Virus record (IMG/VR): IMGVR_UViG_3300045988_046997
Coordinates: 1 to 26,899 of that record
DNA length: 26,899 bases
Direction: 5' to 3' (one strand)
Source of the DNA: a virus
The notes beneath the pieces were generated by a model. It worked only from the letters and a program-made list of their open reading frames with translations. It was not told the DNA's origin and searched no databases. How positions within the stretch are numbered: position 1 is the first letter of the stretch; the number at the start of each line of letters is the position of its first letter. Position numbers and translations under genes: made by a program. Shown piece after piece: positions 7,598-13,318 of the stretch.

Positions 7598-8287
7598 TTG
7601 GCGGGAAAGCGGATGTTCTCGCGGGACGTCGTCGGCTCCGACGGCTTCGCGGATATGGGCTTCGAGGCTCAGGCGCTATACGTCCACCTGTCGATGGACG
7701 CTGACGACTGGGGTTTCGTAGGAGCTCCGAAGAGGGTTCAGCGCTCCATTGGATCTCGACAAGAGGCTCTGAGAGAGCTTGAGAAGTCGGGTTTCGTTCA
7801 TGTGTTCGAGAGCGGCGTTCTGGCTATCATGGACTGGTGGCAGAACAACACGATCACGGAGAGCAGGCGGAAGGCGACGCAATACGAGGCGGAGCTGGCG
7901 CAGCTGACGGTCACGGATTGCGGTTCCTACCAGCTCGTTTGCGAACCGCAAGCAAACTGCATGCAAAGTGCATGCGAAACGCCTGCTAGTTTAGATGAGG
8001 TTAGTTCAGTTAAATCTAGTTCAGATAAGAAGAAGCCCGCGCGTCATGCCTACGGCACGTACAAGAACGTCCTGTTATCCGATGAAGAGCTGGAGAAGCT
8101 GAAGACGGAGTTTCCGAGCGATTGGCAGGAGCGCATAGAGTCGATATCCACTTATTGCGCATCGAAGGGCAAGGCTTACCGAAACTATCTGGCGACGATC
8201 CGTGCATGGGCGAAACGCGACGGCAAGAAGGGAGGATCGAGAGATGCGGCTGTCTTCGATGCAATCGGCTTTTCAAACGGTGCTTGA
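7598..8287 (+). CDS. Replisome organiser / replication initiator with a DnaD-like C-terminal domain
   Basis: TTG start with a GGAAGGAGG RBS. The C-terminal ...AYRNYLATIRAWAKRDG... is DnaD/DnaB_2-like. An internal iteron + AT-rich element at 7935-8035 encodes the inter-domain linker. Confidence 0.6.
   Translation: MAGKRMFSRDVVGSDGFADMGFEAQALYVHLSMDADDWGFVGAPKRVQRSIGSRQEALRELEKSGFVHVFESGVLAIMDWWQNNTITESRRKATQYEAELAQLTVTDCGSYQLVCEPQANCMQSACETPASLDEVSSVKSSSDKKKPARHAYGTYKNVLLSDEELEKLKTEFPSDWQERIESISTYCASKGKAYRNYLATIRAWAKRDGKKGGSRDAAVFDAIGFSNGA
7935..8035. repeat. Putative origin element oriA inside the replisome-organiser gene
   Basis: Five 11-bp-spaced iterons (GTTTGCgaac, gCAAGCAAA, CTGCATGCAAA, GTGCATGCGAAA, GCCTGCtag) are followed by the AT-rich tagtttagatgaggttagttcagttaaatctagttcagataag. 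About 85 bp of this aligns with 21410-21492. Confidence 0.6.
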
Positions 8288-9077
8288 CGCGCACGAGTCT
8301 GATCCAGTCGGCGACGGGGTCTTCATCGCCGAGGACGGTCTCGCTCATTGCGAGAAGTGCGGCACTCCGATGCAGGTCATCATAACCGACCCGATGGGGA
8401 GGAAACGCACGATGCCGTGCGCCTGCAAATGCATGATCGAGGCTGAGGAACAGCGGAAGCTGGAGGATCAGCGCAGGCGATCCGAGGCGGCTAAGAGGTC
8501 GCGGGTCAGGGCGGCGTTCCCGTTCGAGTCGATGCGCGGGAAGACCTTCTCAGCCGATGACGGGAAGTTCGGCGCAGACCAGATGCGGAAGGCGAGGGCT
8601 TACGCCAAGCGGTTCGTGGAGACTGACGGGAAGATCGACTACGGTTTGCTTTTCTTCGGGAAGCCGGACAGCGGGAAGACGTTCTTGAGCTGCTGCATCG
8701 CAAACGAGGCTCTGGACGCTGGGAAGTCCGTCATCATGCGATCGATGCCGCAGTTGCTCGTCCAGCGCGACGACTCGATGCTCGGCAGGCTGCTCAGGTG
8801 CGACCTGCTCGTCATAGACGATCTGGGAGCCGAGCGCAGCACGTCGTACGGTCAAGAGTACGTCTACGCGGTCGTTGACGGAAGGTACAGCGCGAAGAAG
8901 CCGATGATCGTGTCAACGAACCTGACGCGCGAGGAGCTGGCGGCTCCAGCTGACATCATGTCGGCGAGGATCTACGGGAGAGTGCTGGAGGCTTGCCTGC
9001 CGATCGAGGTGGAGACGGGAAGGCGCAGGGCTACCCGAGACCGATACCGCGAAATAATGGACGACATGGGCGTGTAA
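8244..9077 (+). CDS. DnaC/IstB-like AAA+ helicase loader
   Basis: The ORF extends from 8202. The start is at ATG 8244, which has a GGGAGGA RBS. Walker A FFGKPDSGKTFL; Walker B LLVIDDLGAE. Confidence 0.8.
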   Translation: MRLSSMQSAFQTVLDAHESDPVGDGVFIAEDGLAHCEKCGTPMQVIITDPMGRKRTMPCACKCMIEAEEQRKLEDQRRRSEAAKRSRVRAAFPFESMRGKTFSADDGKFGADQMRKARAYAKRFVETDGKIDYGLLFFGKPDSGKTFLSCCIANEALDAGKSVIMRSMPQLLVQRDDSMLGRLLRCDLLVIDDLGAERSTSYGQEYVYAVVDGRYSAKKPMIVSTNLTREELAAPADIMSARIYGRVLEACLPIEVETGRRRATRDRYREIMDDMGV

Positions 9078-9078
9078 C

Positions 9079-9091
9079 GTGATATAATCAC
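9079..9091 (+). promoter_or_regulatory. Promoter of the XRE regulator: extended -10 TGaTATAAT embedded in the perfect palindrome GTGATATAATCAC
   Basis: TATAAT at 9083-9088 with TG two bp upstream. 13-bp palindrome spans 9079-9091. No good -35 box. Confidence 0.55.
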
Positions 9092-9124
9092 ATATAGAAA
9101 CAGTAACAAACGAGAGGGTAGCAG

Positions 9125-9310
9125 ATGAACGCAGAGGCGATCCGCGAGAAATGCGGGGAGATGGGGATCAGCCAGAACGAGCTGGCGCGACGTACTGGGG
9201 TATCGGTGGCTCACATGTCGAACGTCATGACGGGCAAGCGCGACGCGCGAGTCGGTCTGCTGAAGAAGATGTGCGAGCTGTTCGGAGTGAAGGCAGAGGA
9301 GATCTGGTAA
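9125..9310 (+). CDS. XRE-family helix-turn-helix transcriptional regulator (Cro/CI-like, 61 aa)
   Basis: ...ISQNELARRTGVSVAHMSNVMTGKR... is a canonical HTH_XRE motif. Confidence 0.8.
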   Translation: MNAEAIREKCGEMGISQNELARRTGVSVAHMSNVMTGKRDARVGLLKKMCELFGVKAEEIW

Positions 9311-9510
9311 TGAACGAGGGCAAGCGAGTGAAGATCGCCACGAGGCACGGAGTCCGTTACGGGGTGATCCACTATAGGCGCATCGAGCGCCGATCGTTGA
9401 ACCAGCTAATGGCAGAGCACCAGACGGCGACGGCGGTCGTCGGGATCCTGATCGTGTCGGCGTGCATCCTGCTCGGCGGTCTGGTCGAGGGCGCCAGAAT
9501 GGCTTTTTAA
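9310..9510 (+). CDS. Small membrane-anchored protein (66 aa)
   Basis: ATG overlaps the upstream TAA, with an AGGAGA RBS. Basic N-terminus and hydrophobic C-terminus TATAVVGILIVSACILLGGLV. Confidence 0.45.
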   Translation: MNEGKRVKIATRHGVRYGVIHYRRIERRSLNQLMAEHQTATAVVGILIVSACILLGGLVEGARMAF

Positions 9511-9615
9511 CGGTCTAGGATCGTCTGTGAGCCTCGAAACGCTTCTGAAGGCATGGTTTTACCTTGGAACGCGAAACAAGGCTTGCAAGGCGGCACGGCA
9601 ACGGAAAGGGAAGAC

Positions 9616-9855
9616 ATGGAAGAGTACGGAATGGGGTTCGCGGCGTGCGAGAAACCGCTCGGGACGAACGGTCGATATGAACGCTTGCTCGAGCAGTTCG
9701 AGGAAAGCGGCGACGAGTGCATTTGCTGCGGCTTCGAGGACGTGAAGAAGGCGAAGTCAGCCCAAGCGGCGATCAGCGCCATAGCGCGAAAGAAGCACGA
9801 GGGCATCAGATGCAGCCGCGAATGCTCGACGGTCTACATCTCGAAGGATTTGTAA
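9616..9855 (+). CDS. Small Cys-rich protein (79 aa), possible zinc ribbon
   Basis: Internal ATG preceded by GGAAAGGGAAG. Contains CICCGF...CSRECS. The ORF-track start at 9553 has no RBS. Confidence 0.4.
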   Translation: MEEYGMGFAACEKPLGTNGRYERLLEQFEESGDECICCGFEDVKKAKSAQAAISAIARKKHEGIRCSRECSTVYISKDL

Positions 9856-10274
9856 TGGCTGGAGTGGACACGCTGCCCGAGAACCTGAAGCCGCTCATGG
9901 ACGGAGTTTCCGTGAAGACCCCGTACTGCGCCGTTTGCGGGAGGTCGCGCCCGCTTAACCAGCACCACGTCGTGCGCAGGGGCGCGGGGAAGATTTTCAA
10001 GTTCGGCAAGGAGGTTGAGAAACCGACCGTCACGCTGTGCGGCTTCGGGAACAACCTAGCGGACGCGGACGGCAACGAGTACTGCCACGGGCTGGCGCAT
10101 GCGAACCGGCTCCACTTCCGATGGGTGAAGTCGAAGCAGCCGATCGACGAGTACAGCTGGATCAACGTCAACGGCGGTCATTGGGAGTACTTGAAGACGG
10201 ACGTTCCAACGAAGTACGCCGAGGCTCTGGAGATGGACGGCTGGAAACCGCTGCATCAGCAGTCTGAGTGGTGA
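9855..10274 (+). CDS. HNH endonuclease
   Basis: Start at ATG 9855 overlapping the upstream TAA. Motifs: ...CAVCGRSRPLNQHHVVRR... and ...CHGLAHANRLH.... Confidence 0.7.
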   Translation: MAGVDTLPENLKPLMDGVSVKTPYCAVCGRSRPLNQHHVVRRGAGKIFKFGKEVEKPTVTLCGFGNNLADADGNEYCHGLAHANRLHFRWVKSKQPIDEYSWINVNGGHWEYLKTDVPTKYAEALEMDGWKPLHQQSEW

Positions 10275-10279
10275 AGGGT

Positions 10280-10316
10280 ACCCGCCAGACCAAGAAGGTC
10301 GGCGGGTATTTCTTTC
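10280..10316 (+). terminator. Rho-independent terminator T3 after the HNH gene
   Basis: CCCGCC(a)GAC-caagaag-GTCGGCGGG stem followed by TATTTCTTT. Confidence 0.7.
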
Positions 10317-10334
10317 GGAAAACCTTGAATATTT

Positions 10335-10365
10335 GTTTGCAAACGTGAATGAATCATGCTAAGAT
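10335..10365 (+). promoter_or_regulatory. Middle promoter P3: -35 TTGCAA (10337-10342) inside the perfect palindrome GTTTGCAAAC (10335-10344), 17-bp spacer, extended -10 TGcTAAGAT (10357-10365)
   Basis: Hexamers and 17-bp spacing read directly. The operator-like palindrome overlaps the -35 box. Confidence 0.7.
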
Positions 10366-10366
10366 T

Positions 10367-10405
10367 AGGTCACACCGAAAGGGAAACACCGAACGAAAGG
10401 CAGGA
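10367..10405 (+). promoter_or_regulatory. Conserved 39-nt leader AGGTCACACCGAAAGGGAAACACCGAACGAAAGGCAGGA, identical to 17212-17250
   Basis: Exact identity between the two copies. Contains the tandem ACACCGAA and an AGGA Shine-Dalgarno 4 nt before the ATG. Confidence 0.7.
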
Positions 10406-10409
10406 CACA

Positions 10410-10640
10410 ATGGCAAGCAGGAAACAGACCACCGCAGAGCGTTTCGGCATCGAGAAGCGCGTCTTCGCCGCGAAGATCTGCTACTGCGACATCGAGGACA
10501 ACGGCAAGCAGGCAGGCGCGACGGTCGATTACAAGTCCCTTGCAGCCGCGTACAAGCGTTGCAGCAAGGACATCGCGAACGGCTTGGCGCTGTCTCTTCA
10601 CGCGCTCACAGCCGACGGCTGGGTCGAATGCGGAGCTTGA
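10410..10640 (+). CDS. Hypothetical protein (76 aa)
   Basis: ATG directly after the conserved leader. The ORF-track start at 10356 lies inside the promoter. Confidence 0.45.
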   Translation: MASRKQTTAERFGIEKRVFAAKICYCDIEDNGKQAGATVDYKSLAAAYKRCSKDIANGLALSLHALTADGWVECGA

Positions 10641-10652
10641 TAGAGGGGGCGG

Positions 10653-10898
10653 TTGGAGATGAGGTCTTACAAAGAGCTCGCGGAGATGACGGGAACCACG
10701 GTCGATGAAGTGCGAGCGATGATGCGATCAGCGCGTAAGGTGCACAAGCAGCGCTGCGTCAAACCAGTCGAGTATGAGCTGTACGCGGTTTGGTGCGTTG
10801 GCATCTCGGGAACCGGTTGCATCGGCAGCGGCAGCACCCGAGAAGAGGCGGTTATATACGCGCTCGAGAACAACGTTCAGTTCGCGGCGTTTCTTTAA
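10653..10898 (+). CDS. Hypothetical small protein with an HTH-like N-terminus
   Basis: TTG at 10653 with a GAGGGGG RBS; ATG at 10659 is an alternative. ...SYKELAEMTGTTVDEVRAMMRSARK. Confidence 0.4.
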   Translation: MEMRSYKELAEMTGTTVDEVRAMMRSARKVHKQRCVKPVEYELYAVWCVGISGTGCIGSGSTREEAVIYALENNVQFAAFL

Positions 10899-10910
10899 TG
10901 AGGTTCGGCA

Positions 10911-11147
10911 ATGGCATACCCGATGAACGTTGACGAGTTCAACCTGCGTTTCATAACTGGTAATAACACATGGTTGACCCTTGAGGTCGATGATACGGGT
11001 CACTGCATCGACTACATCGTGACGTACATGGAGGAAGGCTTTCCGCCTGAACGCACGACGTTCCGCGATCAGCCGAACGCGAAGAGGGTGTTCGCATTCA
11101 TGTTGTACAAGCTCTACGAGGTTTTGGCTAAAAAGGAGGAAGAATGA
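10911..11147 (+). CDS. Hypothetical protein (78 aa)
   Basis: ORF ending in an ATGA overlap with the dUTPase start. No family recognised. Confidence 0.4.
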   Translation: MAYPMNVDEFNLRFITGNNTWLTLEVDDTGHCIDYIVTYMEEGFPPERTTFRDQPNAKRVFAFMLYKLYEVLAKKEEE

Positions 11148-11572
11148 TAGGCAGGAAGCTCCACGTCGTACTCGACGGGGAAGTCCCGACGTACGCCCAC
11201 GAGGGAGACGCTGGGTTGGATCTGAGGGCAGCGGAGAGCGTGACGGTGCCAGCCGGTGGATCGGCGCTCGTGCGCACTGGCGTTCGGGTGGAGATCCCGA
11301 GCGGTTGCGTCGGTCTGGTGTTCCCGAGGTCTGGTCTGGGGTCGAAGGGCATCACGTTGCGAAACGCCGTCGGAGTGATCGACTCGGGGTACCGTGGCGA
11401 GGTCATGGCGGCGCTGTGGAACACAACGGGTGACGAGTTCGAGTGCGAGAAGGGCGACCGCATCTGCCAGATGGTCGTCATGCCGTACGTTCCTTGTCAG
11501 GTCGTGATCGTTGAAGAACTGTCGGACACCGAGCGAGGGTCTGACGGTCACGGATCGACGGGGGTCAAGTGA
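11144..11572 (+). CDS. dut: dUTP diphosphatase (dUTPase)
   Basis: AAGGAGGAAGA RBS. Motifs: AGLDLRA, PRSGLG, GVIDSGYRGEV, GDRICQ and C-terminal ...GSDGHGSTG. Confidence 0.85.
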   Translation: MIGRKLHVVLDGEVPTYAHEGDAGLDLRAAESVTVPAGGSALVRTGVRVEIPSGCVGLVFPRSGLGSKGITLRNAVGVIDSGYRGEVMAALWNTTGDEFECEKGDRICQMVVMPYVPCQVVIVEELSDTERGSDGHGSTGVK

Positions 11573-12009
11573 TGAGGAACCCGAGCGTTTACGAGCTGGT
11601 GGAATGGGACACGGGGAGGGTATTGATCCACGGAACGAAAAGCTACATTGCTGATCAGCTCGGGTTGTCGCTTTACTCAGTGGACACGATCATCAGCCAC
11701 GCGAGGAAGGGCATCGGGGCGACGAGGGTCGCGTTCTTCGATCCAGCGATCCACTACCGCGCGTCAAACGGCGATCAGGTCATCGAGGGCACGTGCGACG
11801 AGATAAGCAAGGCGATCGATAGAACACGGTTCTCGGTCATGACGGCGGCGCAGAAAGGGTACGTGACCACGAACGGGTGGAGGATCGAAGAGGTTGAGCC
11901 AGAGTGCTGGTGTGCGTTCGGTGTTCGCAAACGATACAACGACGCTGTGTCGAGGCTGAAAAGCGCGACGCGCCGTGGCAAGGTAAAACGATCTAAGGAG
12001 AGCAGATGA
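11572..12009 (+). CDS. Hypothetical protein, possibly a DNA-binding regulator
   Basis: ATG overlaps the dut TGA. ...SYIADQLGLSLYSVDTIISHARKG... is HTH-like. The C-terminus is basic. Confidence 0.45.
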   Translation: MRNPSVYELVEWDTGRVLIHGTKSYIADQLGLSLYSVDTIISHARKGIGATRVAFFDPAIHYRASNGDQVIEGTCDEISKAIDRTRFSVMTAAQKGYVTTNGWRIEEVEPECWCAFGVRKRYNDAVSRLKSATRRGKVKRSKESR

Positions 12010-12707
12010 AGGTTCGCGTGATTAGAGCAACGACGAGCCCGATGCACGCAATCAGCGAAGAGGCTGGGATATGTTACGGCAAAACTGACTACAACCCGAA
12101 GCGAGTGGAGCGTTGTCTGAGGAACGGTCACACGAGCGTCGCCGAGCACGTTTCCGCGTCGTTCCGCATCGAGGGAATCAGCCGATCCTGTTTGGCGCAG
12201 CGTATGCGGAATGAAATCCACTTCATGCGCCTCAACCGAGAGTGGTATGAATCCGAGGACAGTACGGTCGAGTGTGGCAACCGTGCGTTCAGGGACATAG
12301 CGAACGCCGTAATCCCCTATAGCCATTTTGGCAATAATTACATCGAAATCGTTGAACGCATTGCAGACCTCATCGAGCCGCAATTGATCGACGGCGAGAC
12401 ATCGGACGGCTACCACACGTTTAACGAGCTCTACCATCATCGAGCCGTGCTGTTCTCGGTGATCGTGTCGAGCTTCAGCGATCGAGCTTGGAAGTCTAAG
12501 CTGCACGCTGATGGCACCATGTACGACGGAATGTTCATCGTCGGCATCGAGACTCCAGACGGGCAAGCGACGTACCATTACGACGTAGAGCCTTACTGGG
12601 ATCTGTTCCGATGCAAGGAGGTTGACCGTGCGCCGGAGTGGGACGGGCACACACCCGGCCAAGCCATTGAGCGAATCGGCAAGCTTGCTGAGAATGCAGT
12701 AAAATAA
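12006..12707 (+). CDS. Divergent ThyX-like (flavin-dependent thymidylate synthase fold) protein with an altered signature motif
   Basis: AGGAGAG RBS. The N-terminus ...CLRNGHTSVAEHVSASFRIEGISRSCLAQRMRNEIHFMRLNREWY aligns with the ThyX segment ...[40 protein letters not shown]. The RHR-X7-S motif is replaced by RMR..H.... Confidence 0.45.
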   Translation: MKVRVIRATTSPMHAISEEAGICYGKTDYNPKRVERCLRNGHTSVAEHVSASFRIEGISRSCLAQRMRNEIHFMRLNREWYESEDSTVECGNRAFRDIANAVIPYSHFGNNYIEIVERIADLIEPQLIDGETSDGYHTFNELYHHRAVLFSVIVSSFSDRAWKSKLHADGTMYDGMFIVGIETPDGQATYHYDVEPYWDLFRCKEVDRAPEWDGHTPGQAIERIGKLAENAVK

Positions 12708-12817
12708 TGACGAAGATAAGCAAGATCTGCGAATCAGCAAAGATGGTCGCAGGGTTGATTCTCTTTTTCGTGTTTGCTTTCGCGCTGGCGATTGCGCTTC
12801 AGGCGATGCTCGGTTAG
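12707..12817 (+). CDS. Possible small membrane protein (36 aa), below the ORF-track threshold
   Basis: ATG shares its A with the upstream TAA. It encodes MTKISKICESAKMVAGLILFFVFAFALAIALQAMLG and ends at TAG 12815-12817. The RBS is weak. Confidence 0.3.
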   Translation: MTKISKICESAKMVAGLILFFVFAFALAIALQAMLG

Positions 12818-12844
12818 GTTCGATTCTCTGGGGGTCGAGAAGTT

Positions 12845-13318
12845 TTGGAGAAGGACAAGGAGAAACACGCAGGGGGACAGCCGACGAAGTACGTTGAGAG
12901 CGTCCACGTGCCGTGGGGCGTGTCCCTTGCGCGTCGAGGATGCACTGACGAGGAGATAGCGGAGGCGTTCGGGGTCAGCACCAGAACCGTTTACCGCTGG
13001 AAGAACGCGCATCCCGAGTTCTGTCACGCCATAAGCGAGACGAAGAGCCAAGCCGATGAGAGAGTCGTCGAGGGTCTTTACAAGCGCGCGTGCGGCATGA
13101 TCGTCGTGAACAAGACGGAGAGCGTAACGGAGCGCGACGGCGTGAAGACGAAGAAGACCGAGAAGGTAACGAAGGAGCTTCCGCCAGACTCCGTGGCGGC
13201 TATGTTCTGGCTGAAGAACAGGCAGCCGACGCTTTGGAGCGACAACCCTGCGGAGCAGACGCGAACCGCGTCAGACGAGGCTATCAAGGACGCGATCAGG
13301 AATGCGGGTCTGAGCTGA
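12845..13318 (+). CDS. terS: Terminase small subunit
   Basis: TTG start. HTH ...CTDEEIAEAFGVSTRTVYRWKNAHPEF... and ...AAMFWLKNRQPTLWSDN..., typical of TerS. Located directly upstream of TerL. Confidence 0.7.
   Translation: MEKDKEKHAGGQPTKYVESVHVPWGVSLARRGCTDEEIAEAFGVSTRTVYRWKNAHPEFCHAISETKSQADERVVEGLYKRACGMIVVNKTESVTERDGVKTKKTEKVTKELPPDSVAAMFWLKNRQPTLWSDNPAEQTRTASDEAIKDAIRNAGLS

Noticed and set aside
9580-9615. Additional TTGCAA promoter upstream of the Cys-rich ORF (cTTGCAAggcgg...)
   Set aside because: A -35-like hexamer is present, but no acceptable -10 hexamer follows at 16-18 bp. This is probably not a promoter.
11775-12740. 321-aa minus-strand ORF
   Set aside because: Antisense to the ThyX-like gene and the 11572-12009 gene. 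It has no ribosome-binding site and low-complexity Arg/Leu/Ser-rich composition. It is a GC-driven open frame.
13090-13317. Upstream extensions of ORF-track calls, such as terL from 13090, dnaC-like from 8202, the portal from 14563, the scaffold from 18074, erf from 4987 and 9151-9309
   Set aside because: The extensions overlap the preceding gene in another frame, lack RBSs and often begin at TTG/GTG. In each case an internal ATG with a good Shine-Dalgarno sequence and a 1-4-nt overlap with the upstream stop is a better start.
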